A stretch of 64,000 bases of DNA from Lama guanicoe. Taxonomy: Eukaryota. Shown here piece by piece: positions 24,093 to 38,974 of the stretch. The notes below the pieces were generated by a model. The model worked only from the letters and a program-made list of their open reading frames with translations. It was not told the origin of the DNA and did not search any database. The translations under genes were made by a program, and so were the position numbers. The stretch spans positions 8,703,957 through 8,767,956 of the forward strand of contig MU053881.1 of assembly GCA_013239625.1 (NCBI GenBank). Direction: 5' to 3'. Position 1 is the first letter of the stretch; every line of letters starts with the position of its first letter.

Positions 24093-26554
24093 ATATAGGC
24101 CATAAACAAGAAACAGCCTCTGTTGTTTTAAGCCACCCAGATTCTGAGTGTTTCTGTCTTATTTTTTTTTTAAACTGCTACTGATATGTTTTTTTAACAG
24201 CAAAAACACTATCTAAATATTTAGCAAAAGGGGACTGCTTCCAACTATGGGTGTTTTTACTTCCTTCTGTTTTTCTGTGCTTTTACAAATTTTCTGCAAC
24301 GAAAACAGTTTGTCTTTTGATAAGAAGAAAAAACTAGAAAATTAATTTTGCTTTAAAAATCTATATTTGCATCACTGCTTATCTACAGTCTTTGCTAGGG
24401 CCCCACAGGATTTCCAAGTACAGTGAAACACTTGTGCACCATAGCTTTATAATGTGCTTCTGTTTGCAGAGTGTTTTCCCGTCCTCTTTTTGTTGTGGTG
24501 GTGGTGGGATTACAGCAACACCGTGAGGCAGGGGAAACTGGGGCTAAGAGAGGTGAAGGTGTGTGTCCCAGGGTCCCTGGCTAATACGGAGCAAAGCTTC
24601 CATCCTCAGTTTTCTCTCTAATTTCAGGACGTTCTCCCCTATGCCGCGCTGCCTCTGTATCTCTGTAGAAAGCCACTTTCAAGAAGTCATCTGGGAGAGA
24701 CTCTGATTCTTGGGAAATTTAAACAGGTAAGAAAGGATTCTCCTCTGTATTTAATATCCTTGGACAAGGATACTAAACCATGCAGGTACTTGGTCAGAGC
24801 ATAATACTCAATAAAGTTTAAGCACAGGCATTTTATGCAATGCAGCCAATGGAATTTCGTGTTCTCCCCGCTCCCCACTTCTTTCTTTTTCTTTCTTTTC
24901 AGCTCAGATGAGTCACCTTGGCTAGACTGCCAATCCCCACAGAACTTATGTTCCTTGATAGGATATGCCGATAGAAATGAGAAATTCTATAATGGTTTGA
25001 GACGTGAGTTAGTCACCTGTCCCTGCGAGGAGCTAAGCGCCGTCTCCTCCAGGAAATGTAGCTCATCAAATGGACACGAACGCTCGTAAGGACAGCGAAC
25101 GGACGGGAGACCGTGTAGGGAGCTGTTTTTCCCTCCCTTTCTTTTTTAAAGAAGCGCCCCTATACTGTGTCTGTCAACTGCACTGAGTCTCGCTTACGTG
25201 ACCCTCCAACACACAGCGAACTCCCAGACTGGCAGCTGGACTGAAACCCTCAGCGCGCGGCAGCCCCTATGCCTTTTCATTTCCCTCCCCTTGACACGTG
25301 ACGCGGCCGTCCCTGGAGTGGAGCTGTTTTGAGAGGACGATCGCTAGAACAATCACCGGCTTGGCAGGAGATGGACAGTGTGGGAGAGCCACAAAAGGAG
25401 GAGAGACATTGCCACTGAGGGTGTGCATGCTGAATGCCACAGCAGTGGGGACGCTGGGTGGTTTCCACCTGCTGTCCACCATCCCTCAGTTTCAGAGTGT
25501 TACCACCTCGACTGGCCGTGACTGTTGGCCCTCCTATGATCCTCATTGCTCAGAGCATGCAAGTGAAGGGGGGTCACCGTGCTTTGGAACAATGTCAGGA
25601 AGGAATGCTTTTCTCCAGCAAAGCTCCTGGCGTCCAACTGGCCGAGAGGAAAGTTACGCGTGGCTGCGCCCAGAGGTATGTTCCTACTTCCTCGAATGAT
25701 GCCAATAAGCAGATTTCACTGCTGTCAGCCCTTCATAATGTGTCAGTAGAAACAGTGGAGCCTGAAGGCCTGGGAGACCACCTAACAATGTGCACAACTT
25801 CCCAGACCAGCACCCTGCCATCTGGCCAGAAGTTACAGAAGCGTGTCCGGGACTCCTCTGAGCTGAAGTCCTCTCTTTCTCTTGATAAGAATCTCTTGGA
25901 AAAGCAGGTGGGGTTTTTATATCGGGAATTCTGCTTAGTCAGGGGCTAACTCGTCTCTGGATGATCAGCACCTAGACCAGTAAACGTTTATCTATATGGA
26001 TGAATGGGGGACTTACACAGTATGGGCTGTGTATGTAATACCAACCCACATAGCCCGCCCTGCTCAAAAAAGAAATAGTCCTTTTAGTCCCTTAGATCGG
26101 TCATTCCCGGCTGCAAGGATGGGACTGCAAATAAATTTCCTTTGGAGAGTCAACACTGGTCAATTGCTGGTGGCTGCCTTGACGGTTCTCTTGGAGGTAC
26201 CTGTGCACTGAGTCTAGTGAGCAAAAAGTGTGGTTATCGATTAGCAATGTCTGCATGAGCTAAAGACAAAGAAATGGTGGCCTGACTGCTTTGCATTCGC
26301 TAATGGGTTTAAAGCTTTAAATTCTTCCAATTGAATTTTCTAGATGAATACCTTTCCAGCATGTTTTGAAGTCAGCTTGGACTGGATGAAATGGGCGGTT
26401 AAGGGTATTTTTCCCTCCACTGGTGTATTTTCCTCATGTATTTCTTTATATACTTGCTGGATTTGAAAGCAAATGAGGCGGGAAAACACTACTTGGTTTT
26501 CCTTAGGATGTAAAGTTCTTCCTGGAAAAGAAACCAAGCTAGTATATCTGCTGT

Positions 26555-27197
26555 GTGGTGCAACCATCGCAGCGATCTAATTTCAGAGCATTTAAACCAC
26601 CCCTAAAAGAACCGCATGCCTATTAGCAGGCAGTCCCATTTCTCTCCTCTTTCACCCCTGGCAACCTCTAATCTCTTTTTTGTCTCTATGGATTTGCTTC
26701 TTCCAGACAATAGAAGTGGAATCATACAATCTGTGGCCTTTTGTATCCGGCTTCTTTCACTTAACAAAATATTTCCAAGATTCATCCATGTTATAGCCTG
26801 TCATAATATTTCATTCCCTTTTGTGTTTGAATAATATTCCACTGTATGGAACATATCCCATTTTGTCTCTCCATTCATTAGCTGATGGACATTTGGGTTG
26901 TTTCCACTTTTTGGCTATTGTGAATAATGCTACTATGAACATCTGTGCCTATTTTTAATGAGAAATAATGTTCTCCATCCTCTGTAGGAATATACCTAGC
27001 AGTGAAATTGCTGGATCATATTGTAATCCCGTGTTTAATTTTTTTGGAGAACTAATGAACTTCTGTCCACAGTGACCATTCCATTTTGCATTCCCATAAA
27101 CCATGTGTGAGGGTTCCAGTTTTTCCACATCTCTGCCAACACTTGTTACTGTTTCTCCTTTGATTATAGCCATCCTAGTGCGTGTGAAGTGGTAGTT
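26555..27197 (-). mobile_element. Old L1M (L1MB-like) fragment in sense orientation, directly after the 206-nt exon
   Basis: ggacatttgggttgtttccactttttggctattgtgaataatgc...gattatagccatcctagtgcgtgtgaagtggta; degenerate ORF2-end peptides appear in the ORF track. Confidence 0.85.
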
Positions 27198-27254
27198 TTT
27201 GTTTTGTTTTTTGTTTTTTTTTTTTTAAACTCATGGCTCTACGACGCATGCTCA

Positions 27255-27533
<279 letters not shown>

Positions 27534-28176
27534 TTAGATGCCAGGATTTAAAAAAATATATGACAATTAAACTCACAGCATCTTCTCTTTAGGTCAGAGC
27601 TTAAAACATTTCAGTTTAAAATAACAAACCTATAAACTCATACCCCAGAGCATCTGAAATATTGGCACAAGGCTGCCTGCAACTTCTGGGATTGCTCTTT
27701 CCCGATAAACTATTGTAAGAGCTGGAGTCCAATAAGTACGTGTAAAGCTTCCAACAACCCCACGTATGACTGGGACATAAAACGATCAGCAGGGGAGGGG
27801 AGAGTGATATTAATTTGGCACCAAATTTGATTCTTGCAGCCTTGAATTATTCTTTCCAGCCACAAACAAGTCCAATATACTCTGACATCTTCATAAATTA
27901 AAAAAAAAAAAGAAAAAGAAAAAGCAGCAGTGAACAAAAATCAGTCCAAAGTAAATAAAGTAACTCAACAGAAAAAGCTGACTTGCTCTCAGGCTGACCC
28001 AGTACTGGGTGTGACCCCTTCCTTGCCAGAGGGAAGGACTTAGGAACCATGTAGAAACCACACCCCTCTCCCCATGACGCTGGTGTGCCTCCGTTGCCTT
28101 ACTTGAAATCACTTATACAGAAACCAGTGGTTGCCCACGCTCAGCATCCTTCAGAACTTTAAAAATAGGAGCTCCA

Positions 28177-28322
28177 CGTAGCAGCCTTTAATGAGGAAGA
28201 GTGTGGAAATGGATATATGTATGTATACACATGACTGGGACATCGGGCTGTATACCAGAAACTGATACCTTGTAACTGACTATACTTCAATTAAAAAAAA
28301 AAAGTTTATGCTACTTAAAAAA
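28177..28322 (+). mobile_element. Short L1 3' end
   Basis: catgactgggacat...ttgtaactgactatacttcaatt(a)n, similar to 45610-45690. TSD aaaaatag(g/a)ag(c/t)tcca at 28161 and 28323. Confidence 0.85.
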
Positions 28323-29319
28323 AAAAATAGAAGTTCCAGAAATTCCTATTTTAAACAGCGGATTTCTTAATAACAACAAACCAGCCAGTGTCTCCTACAC
28401 TTCTGAGGGTGGTTTCCTTTACACATACAGAATTAAGGAAAAGCTGGGAATTACACGTAGTTGCCGGAGAAAAACAAGTTAATTGCTCTCTTAGAACCTC
28501 ATTATCCTCCTCTCTAAAATAGGAATGAAACCTTGCTGGAAGCCAGTTTTACACAGGTCATTTGTGATTCCTTCAGATGGATTCTGAACTTGAAAGAAAA
28601 CACAAAATCACAATCTCTTATCTTCCTGAGAACTTCTAACCCAGTTGAAACCAAATACAGAAAGAATCAAAGACATGTTGGTTTGGAGGGTCTCCCTAAT
28701 TTCTCATGGATCACTCTGGTGGTCTTGTGGATCTGGAAACTTCTTCAGCCTGATGGGCAAGGATGGGTAGCAAGCTCCCTTCCCGCATAATGGAAGCACA
28801 CTTCTGAAAATGTTTATCTGTATTTGGCCAAAAACATCACCGAAGTATTGGTCAGGAGAGGTCATAAGGTTTCAGAGCTTGCAGGAAAGGTGAGAGAAGC
28901 ATTCTGACTTAGCCGACCTGGCTCTGTGACTGTCTGGCCACTGCCTCAAGGCAAGACTCACCAACGACCTCAGTGCCAGTTTCCCCAATCATAAAGTGGA
29001 GAGGCAACATCCTTGGATCCCTAAAGGTTTTCCGTATCTAAAGTATAGAAGAAAACCACAGAGTGACTTGGGGGGTACACAGTTATTTTTCCCCTTTATT
29101 TAGCTCAATAGTGGATCAAATATAAAGTAAACAGGGGCTTAAAAGAGAGTAGGAGACACCTGGGTTTGGACCTTAAGAAGAAACGGTTGACTTCTAGGTT
29201 AGGGAGCGGCTCCTCAGGGAAATTTGGAAGCTTCCACCACAGAACATAGTTAAGAAGAAAAGAAAACTCCTGTGTGGCTCAGCTCTTCAGAGGGGGACAA
29301 TGGTTTGCTCCCCAAACAC

Positions 29320-29412
29320 TTTTTTTTTAAATGGAGGTACTGGGGATTGAACCCAGGACCTTGTGCACGCTAAGCAGGCACTCTACCGCTGAGCTATACT
29401 CCGCCACACCCC
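29320..29412 (-). mobile_element. tRNA-Ala-derived SINE (Vic-1-like)
   Basis: atggaggtactggggattgaacccaggacc...gagctatac; flanking ccaaaca-tttt duplication at ~29312 and ~29416. Confidence 0.87.
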
Positions 29413-32059
29413 CCACCAAACATTTTTATATGGCCTGGTGGACGTGAAGTATTTTCCCAAGGGGAGGAATACTGCATGGCACCTGAGAGCACAGACTCTG
29501 GGCTGGGACTGTCTGAGCTCAAATCCCAGCTTTGACGCACGCTAAGTGCCCCCATTCTCTGCGCTTTCGTTCCCTCATCTGTGTCACTGGGACACTGTTG
29601 TTATTTATTTCACTGGGTTGTTACGGGACTTTAATGAGTTAACCCACGCAAAGCTCTTAGAGTAGTTTTCGACACAAAATAAGCACCAAATAAAAATTAG
29701 CTATCAGGATAATTCTCGGTGAGGCTCTAAGCCTAAATCGAGTGTTGTTCATCTTGCTGAAATGATGGCATGTCCAGGGGGAACCACTTGTTATCACCAG
29801 TTGATAATTATAAATTAAAAACTAATTTGCACTTAAAAATGCTGCTTTCGACAGGCTCTCCCTCCCCCTAAGTTAAAGATTTTTTGGGGAAGGGATATAA
29901 TAAAAAAGGGATGTAGTTAAAAAAAAAAAAAAGAAAAAAAAAACCCTGGGGAAGAATAGTTTAGGAGTCTCTGACTGAGACCTAAAGTAACCCCAACCAT
30001 CAGACGTGTGACAAGTTAAGGAAGTGCATTAAGAATAAAAACGAATTTTAATGAAATTATTCATCTTTAAACTTAATAAGATAAGCTTTCCTTCGCGTCT
30101 GCTGGGCTTTCAGGGGTTGCTGGGTTAATGACAGGATATGAACGAGAAACAGGAAATCAGCACCCACGAGCCTGCTAATCTGCTGTCGAAACCTACGCAG
30201 GTTTCGGTAACGTGGAGCCAGATGAGGACACCAGAGATGGGGAAGGGAGCCGGCTTCCAGAGAGTGGCTGCTTGGGAGACACGCAGCCAACGAGCCTCAG
30301 GGATGTGGTTCTTAGCATAGTAGGGTCCCCCTCCTTTCAGTGGATGCCACCATCAGGACACTGATGAGCAGTATGTTGGCTGCTCCCACCGGGGAGCCCA
30401 AGCTACCTTCTTGGAGCCACACTTGCTCCTGGGGTTTCAGATTCGCTCATGGAGGCAGTGCACCTGGGTGACGACATACAGGTTTTGCAGCCAGACGGAA
30501 CTGGGTTCAAATCCTGGCTCTGGTTCTATCTTGCTGTGTGACCTCCAGCAATTTGCTAAACCTCTCTGGACCTTCATTCTCTTTTTGTTAAAGTGGGAAC
30601 AATAAGAGTAACTATCTCACAGGGCGGGAGTGACAAATGGAAGCACACAAAGAAGGGCTTAGCACAGTGCCGAGCACATAATAATTGCAAAATAAATGCT
30701 AGTGATGCTGAATTAATTAAAAAGAGTGAAAAACTATGAGGGACAGCATCTGGCTTTCTTTAAAGAGTAAAGAATTTTAGAAAGGAAAAGACAGTGTGTG
30801 TATACATGGTATGTATGTGTATATATATGTGCCTAGACATGTATATATATCTATTTGTCCATCTAGCTATCTATCCAGAAGAGAGGAGAGTCGAATTCTT
30901 CTGGAATAGACTTAACTATGGGGACAAGCTTAAAACTGGGAGTCAGGATCTATTTCCATTACTGATTTTGGCGGTGGTGGTGGGGGGAACTTCTAGAAGC
31001 CAGTTTGGTTATTTTACTGATTAGCTTACTTTCTTAATAAACCTGCTCCACTTAGTAACACCGAAATTAAGGTCCGGTCAACGGCACCTTCACACTAAAC
31101 CTCTTTTTTCCCCTTTATGTCCCGCCTCCCACCAGATAAACAGGCTCTTTCTCTGAGTCTCCACGGCACTTAGGCTGAGCCGTCCCGCAGCACCGCTGCT
31201 GGGGATTGTGTTGACCTGCTTGCCTTCCCGAGTCTCTCCTATTAGACACTGCACTCCCTGAGGTCAGGCAGGGCTGCACATCCACCTCTGGGTTCTCTGT
31301 GGCTTGTGCCTGACAACCATGGGTAATCTACAGATGCCTGGTGAACTGAATGAAGCTTCACCTGCCCTTCCGAGGGGGTATTTTTAACACAACCCCTGTG
31401 ACTACCGGCTGAAATGGCCTTAAGGAAGATTTACTTTGGAAAGTTGCACGTAAACTGACTTAAAAAAAAATTCTCTTCTGAAAAGCTCTCTGGGCAAATA
31501 TACTATCGAAAGAAAACGTCCATACGAATCCTTTTGAAAAATCATGAGTCAACTCTTGATTTATCTTTTGTATAAAATCTTACAAGCAAGCACACGAGCC
31601 AGGGGAGCTGGAGTCTAGTGGAGAGGTCCTTGGAGCAACAACCAAAAGGTAAGGGTCTTAATCCTGATGAAGCTGAACTTTTTGTGGAAGGAATCGGGGT
31701 GTCAATGAACTGTTCTGGTGAACTCTCATCCTTGTGAGTAAGTAGCTGGCTAATTCTAGGCAGGTCAGCTCTCCAGGTCTTTTTGTCCTTATCTCCAGTA
31801 AGAGTGGTTTGGACCCAAAGACGCCTTAAGGGGCACTTCACTCTAGTCTACTGTGGTCGACAGAGCGAGCCAGGAGGGTTATCTCCGGGTACGTGCTACA
31901 AAGCGTGTACGTGTGTGACATCCACAGCGGGAGGGGTTATTAGAAAGTGAAGTGACGTTGCTTTGAGCAAACTAGTGTCTGCTTTCAAACTAAACCTTCC
32001 AGATGTGCAACTGAGTTATGCTTTTGCCAAGGGGGGTTTTCACTTTTCCCCCATATTAA

Positions 32060-32410
32060 AAAAATATATATATATGTACAATTTTCACTTTGAAATAATT
32101 TCAGATTTACAGAAAAATTTCAAAAAATGGTACAAAGTTTCCTTCGCGTCCTTCACCCAGATTCCGTAAATGTATACACACTTGTGCATTCTAATTTTTT
32201 TCCCTAAAACATTGAGGGTTAAGCTATAGACAGGTTGCTCCTTTACCTCTAAATATTTCCACATGATTTTCCTTAAACAAGGCCATTCTTTTACAGAACC
32301 ACAGTACAGTTATCAAAACCAGAAAATCAACATTGCTACTATGCTGTTAACTGTCTTATGGTTCTTCCTCAAATTTGCCAATTGTTACACTAACATTTTA
32401 TAGCCAAGGG
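32060..32410 (-). mobile_element. Old L1MC-like 3' end
   Basis: ttgaaataatttcagatttacagaaaaa...ccttcacccagattcc...accacagtacagttatcaaaa. Confidence 0.65.
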
Positions 32411-35207
32411 ATCAAGAAGAGAGGAATTTAACACCATTCTGTAACCACTCTGCGAGAATCTGGCCACTGTGCTTGGGTTATAGGTAATGACTGAGCATGG
32501 CTGTCCTGACCAGCAGGATAGAGTCCAGCGTCCATCTCCCAAAGCTGGGGCTTCCACGTCTAAGTTCTCTCCCTATCTATGAGCTGCCCAGTGAAAGGTG
32601 GAGATGATGATGGTTTTGCCCTAAGAAGCACATGCTTAAGACACAGTGTTTCTGGCCGGTTCATTTCCAGCCTGAAGATGAGATTTCGGGGATTTCAGAG
32701 GTAGCACTCTAATGATCAATTTTACAGGACAGTTCACCTCTATAACTCCACGGAAGATTGCTCATGGAAATGTGGAGCGCTTGCCTATTTCAGAAACATG
32801 CACCTAAAATTCCAACCAGTTAAATAAGACTGATGTCGAGCAAAACGACAGCCTTCCACAGCCCCATTAGAAGCTAATCATTTCAGAAAATGTTGCCATA
32901 ATTCATTTACCGAAACAGCGAGACTACTCCCCAAACAAGTGATAAAGAGAATGGACTCAGACTCATACCGGGGAAATGAAGCCTCGTATTAATGCTTCCC
33001 AAACTTAAACTGAACTCTGGAGGCACCTTGGCATAAATCTGCCTTGCAGATTATTCTGCCTCACATAGTTTTATCTATTGCAAATAAAGTTGAATTCAGA
33101 AGATTGCTTCAGTCATTACACCTCGTTTCCATTTATTTGGGAATCAGGACAGCCATCTGCGGGTTCTGTTTAACCAAGAGATAGGCGAAAAGACTCTCCG
33201 AAGGAAATCGGATTCACTAGAGCTCGGCTGAGACACCAGCAGCCTGCTGTTGGCTGCCTACTCTAGGGGAACAGACGTCCATCCCGCACGTCCACGGCAC
33301 CTGTGACGGTATTCACAACATCACGCAGCAACAGTGATTTCTATAAAATCCTCCAGCACTCAGGACTACCCGTGGCCTTTACATCTTTTGAAACCTCGAT
33401 TTGTCACCTTAGATAAAAATGGCCAACTCTCTGCCGCTCAGAGTGTTAACAGACGTTTATACATCTGACTGTTCAGGTGAACGTGCGTCTGCATCAAGCA
33501 TGCAGTTCAGCTGATCAGCGTTATTTATAGCAGCTAAAGTTTACTGAGTGGTCACTGCTTACCATGTAATCTCCTGATTCCTTTATCATTTTTTATTTTT
33601 CCTGCTTTTCGGATGAAAGGACCGAAACAGTGACTTGCCTTACGGCTACACAGCTCTTAAGGGGTGGAGCTGGGAACAAAAGCCACGTCTGACTGATTCT
33701 GAAACCCACACGTGTAACCAATATGCTACTGCATTTTGGACTCCGGACTAAGTACAAGAGATGCAAAGAGACGTATATCCACGCGAATCACAGGGACCAA
33801 CTTCTGGGTGTGAGGGTCTCTCTGAAAGAGAAGCGTGCCGATGCCAGCCAGGGCGAATGCAGCAGGTAGCAAATTATGACCTCATTATTAATACCACGTC
33901 AAGCCACGGTGATGCCATGTACAACAGAAAGTATGCCACTTGGAGCAGGGTGTGGTTGGCAATCAGGAGCTGAAATCCACCATTGTGATGCACTGAAGTG
34001 GTACCCATCTGTAACAATGGCAGAATAGCATGGCTTCGAAAATGAAGGGAGTGGTCGCTCTGGTACGTAGGCTGGTGGGGTACTTGCCAGCAGACGTGCA
34101 GTATTGTAATGTTTGGCTCTAACATAATGACCCCTTGTCCTTCTGGGAACTTCACTGACTTTGAAAAAGCCCCATGCAGGGAAGTGATCATTTTGAAACC
34201 CTGGGCTGTGTTCACTGAGAGGCTGACGAGAGCCAGAGGAAGAATTACCAACCTCCCTGCTAATCTGGCTCCTAGTACCGTACATTAAGCCAACTAGTAA
34301 AATCATTATGAAGTTTTTGCTGAAAGGGCAAGTGTAGAAAAACATGTTTCTAAACAGAATAACAGTCTTTGCCATTTTTTTCCAACTTGCATACCATCTG
34401 GAAATCCTGATTTTTTTTTTCAAAGGGTAGGAAAGAAATGTGCTCCAGGCACAAATAAATGTTTACAGCTGAGTTATAAACCGAGAATGGTGGGGCTTAA
34501 AACAGACAGGCTGGCAGTGATGGAACTCAAGCTGCAGTGAGACAAATAATGCTGCGAGGAGCAGGCCAGCTCGTTTCTGCACGTTGGTCCTTCTGGATGG
34601 GAAGTCCTGTATCCCCTGACCTCATCACACACATGTTGGAGAAGAAGTCTTCACTGGGGTTTTACTTAATTCTTTGAAGGTAAAGGACAAAGAGGAAGAG
34701 GCAGAGTTATCTGGCTTGACATTCTAAAGGCAACCTTCGCGTTTGGAAAATATAGCATCTCATCAGAAGTGGCAGCCCATGGAGGCTTGTTAAATGGACC
34801 GACTGAGAGATGTTAGGATGATGTCAGTGACGACTACGAATATTCATGGATCTCTTATTAAGTGCCCGATACAACACACTGTGTTCTGTAAGCATTGTCT
34901 CGTTCATGCTGGACAGGAAGCTCATGAAGGAGGGGGTACCATTTTGCAGATGACCAATCAGAGGCTGAGGGAGGACAAATGACCTACTGACATCCACACA
35001 GCTGCCAAGTGATGGAGCTGGCGTTTGTGTCCAGCCACTCTGTTACAGAGGATCTGTCAATGCAAAGTTATCAAGAATATATTATACCTAACTCTTGGTC
35101 AAGAAGGAAAAACTGGTATTAGGAGTCTAGTCTTTCTCCCTAGTCGCCAATCATCTGTAGTTACAGGCAAGTCCAAGAAAAGTAGCAATGGGTCTGCACA
35201 CGATCAA

Positions 35208-35412
35208 GAGCAGCCAGCCAACTTTTTCCGTAAAGGGCCAGACAGTAAATATTTTAGGCTTTGTGGGCCGTGTACCCACTCAGCTCTGCTGCGGTAGAGC
35301 AAAAGCGCCCCGGACAATGAATGAATGGGGCTGTGCTCCAATAAAACTTTATTTGCAAAGACAGGCAACTGGCCCAATTTAGTCCAGAGGATGTCGTTAG
35401 CTGACCCCAGAT
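35208..35412. mobile_element. MER58A-like hAT-Charlie MITE
   Basis: aactttttccgtaaagggccagacagtaaatattttaggctttgtgggcc...ccaataaaactttatt; homologous to 2416-2625. Confidence 0.8.
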
Positions 35413-37077
35413 GTAGAGGTCACCTTGAATGTAAAATGAGTGATATGTTTTGAGAATGATCCACGAAATTCTACTTGGGAGTTCACTCTTTCTTAGGACC
35501 AGTGCACAAATTGGCTAGAGATGATGTGCCCTTTAAAAGTTCTTGTATCCACTGACTCTAGGTCTAGCCAATCAAACCGGATTCCCTTATGTTATCTGAC
35601 CAGGTCAGAACATTGTATTGAATCTTCGTTCTCAAGGCTGCTCTAATCCCAAATCTATAGAAAATGTGCTCCGTGCTCTTGTAATGAAGATGTATGAGTT
35701 CATTCCTTTTAACATAGAAACACACTTGAGATGGTGAGTGATCCTGGCGGTCTGCGGGCTCCCCTTCCTGGTTGGGAAACCCAACAACCAAATCCACCAC
35801 GTTAAGGTTTAATTGAAAGAGAGGATGGAGGGAAAGAAAAAAATCATGAACAACAAATGGAAAAGGGAAGACAAAGCCCACAGAACATATATTCTCCCAA
35901 CTAATTAATCAAGTGCTTTGTTTCCACTAACATATCAGAGCGTGTAGGCTGCCCTGTCTATTGGACTCCTTTCCGAATCTGAGCAACGTAAACACTCCTA
36001 AAGACCAGGTAATGAAATCTCTATCGATGTGCCATCTTAGATGGGACTCACATGCTCATGTTTTGCTTACATTTTAATTTGCTTCTGCTGGATACTCACC
36101 CAGTAATTGCTTAATAAGATTAACCTCCCTGGCAATGTGTGGTGTATCTTGATTACAACATTATCGGAGTGAAGGATTATCGCATAGCACGGAAAAATGG
36201 AGGGGGTGTTATTTAATTAACTTATTGCCAATATATCTTGATTGTCTCTTTGAAACACTGGAAAAGTAGTCGATTGGAATTGATTCGGGTTATCTAAATG
36301 TATAGAATGGGGGAGTGGGGAGGAGGTAGGTCACTGGGTAAAGAAATTCAAACCTAAGGTCATTTTCTTTAAAGAGAGTCAGGTAGGTGCGCAGAAAACC
36401 AAAACCTTTCTAGTTGTTCTTAAAACTGAACTTCACAACTTCGGAAGAGATCTGGTGTCTTCAGTCCTAGTTAGAGTATCACTTTGGTGTTCAGAAAGAT
36501 GCTCTGAGTTTTATTTCAACTTTAAGCAACTGTAAATTCTCACACTTTTTTTCTAGTGACGAAATTCACTGGGCAATGATTTGGCAACCATTTTTCTGTC
36601 TCATCACTCACTTGGAAAACATTCTATTGTGCGTGATGTTCTAGGACTTAACACAACATTTTCAAAAGCGTGTTGCATCTGAGGGGAAAAAATTCTGCTC
36701 TTTCCAAAGACAGCCTGGAGTCTGTTTCTTTGTTAATTTTGAGATGACATTCTCTTAGTTAGGACTTCTGTCCTGCTGGTGTGGGATGCTGAAGTGGGGG
36801 TGGGGGTCGGAAATGAAGCTGAATCACAAACAAAAGGAGTGGCCGACCTTAGTTTATGGAAGGTAATGCTTATCGGTGATGCCCTTTCGTGAAGAATGCT
36901 ATTTCAAAAGTCTTTGTACACAGCCTTAGTGTGCACATACACATAAAATGCACCCCTGTGCGCAGAAGATGCATGTTCACTTCCAAATGTGTATTCTGCA
37001 TTTTTTTCTCAATGGACGGGCTGCTGATTTGTAGATTAAAGGACATTTGTGGACAGAACATAGGGGAGACCGCTAAA

Positions 37078-37290
37078 AGTGCTTTTCAAAGGGCAGCGCT
37101 GTGGACGTTCGGGACAGGATAATCCTTTGCTGTAGGAGGCTCCCCTGTGCCCTGCAGGATGTTTAACTACATCTCAGCTTTTCCCTGCTCGAAGCCAGTT
37201 AAATCCTCTTCTAATTGTGACAATCCAAAAAGTCTCCGGACATTGCCGGATGTCCCCTAGGGGACAAAACCAGCCCAGCTGAGAGCCCCC
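37078..37290. mobile_element. MER20-like DNA element
   Basis: ggacaggataatcctttgctgtaggagg...gtgacaatccaaaaagtctccggacattgcc...ggggacaaaac. Confidence 0.7.
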
Positions 37291-38731
37291 CCCACCCAGA
37301 GTGAGGGAAACTCGAGTGACATTGACGGGGAGTGTCAAGCCGTAGAGGCGAGCAGACTGCAAATCTGAGGCCCACAAATTTGGCTCCTGGCTCTTTGGTC
37401 AGTTAGGGCAGAATATACTTTTCATTTTCAGGTCTAGTTTCAGTCACTGGATAATGGAAAGCATACAATTTCATCCTCAGATAAAACCTTTTCATGCTTA
37501 CTTAAAGGTAATTTAGCGTCATGATGAGGACAGATGAGTAGAGCAATCCTTAAGGACTGGATCAAAAGACGAAAAAGTCACACTTGAAGCATGAGGACAG
37601 CTCCGGAGAGAATAATTTAAGCGACGTGAGCATGTCAGGGATGAGTAATCTGCACCTCTACAGGAAGATGATTCTGGAATCTTCTCTGTGGAAAACGCCT
37701 GATCCAGGAAGCCCCTACCAGCTCCCCTAAAGACGCACTGGGCACAGGAACTGAGTTCAAGTTTGTAGCCACCTACTTGTTTGATTTCAGGTAAGTTTTG
37801 GAAACGTCCTGGGCTGCAGTTTCTCCGAGATAATTTTTCTCCCTTTAGAGTTACTGAAGTTACATAAGGTCAACCAACCCTGGCACACAAAAGATGCCCG
37901 GTAAGTGTTTCCTTTCCCATTGTTGAAGTGTACCTGTGGGGTATTTTAAGACACTAAGAAACGTGGGGGTGAACTGCCCAGTGTGCTAAGAGGCAGAAAA
38001 ATTCTGTCTTTGGAGAAACACTCGCACATGATCTCTCCGTCTGTCATTCCCATCCTGAACCAAGCCTCCGGGCTGCACGCTGGCCAGCCTAGCGGTGCCA
38101 CTGGCTGCTGCTGACTTTGAACTGCCCCATGTCCTCACCTCCTCACGGTTTTGTTTTCTCTACTTCTCCTGGGCATCTCGTTAGCACCTATTTTTTTACC
38201 CCCCTGCAGAAATAGTTGCCGGATTGCTTCAGTAAGCATTTCTCTGGCCCCCATGACTGTTCCAAGAAGAGAAGCTTTGTTCCCGAGTTGCCCCAGCTCC
38301 TTTCTCTGTTCCCCCAAAGCGGGACGGCCCAGGCTCCTTCTCTTTGGTGCCAGGCGGGCCAGGCGGTGCTTCCTCCCCGGGAAGGCTGCATCTCTCCGCT
38401 CGGGAGAGGGCTCGCGCCAAGTGGCACGTGCCGCCTGCTGCTCTCAGCTTTCTCCATCAGGCAGGACCTTTTCCAGCTGCTGCTGTTCCTGCTGCTTCTG
38501 CCCAGGCCTTGAGATGCTTTCAAGCAGCTCCAGACCGTGCCAGTCGCTGCAGATAGCAGAGGTATGCATGCTGCTCCAGGCGGGCACCGTGCCAGCTCCG
38601 AGTGGCTCCAGCCAAACCCAGCTCACAAACGGGAACAGCAGACAGCTTTTAACGGGGACACCTGGGAAAGGAGGTGCTTTTCCGCCCTTTTTCTCCTTTT
38701 TTTTTTTTTTTTTTTTTACAGATTTGGATTA

Positions 38732-38974
<243 letters not shown>

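Noticed and set aside
33761..34423. Several overlapping ORFs suggesting a processed pseudogene
   Set aside because: No recognisable protein in any frame, and no poly-A tail or TSD.
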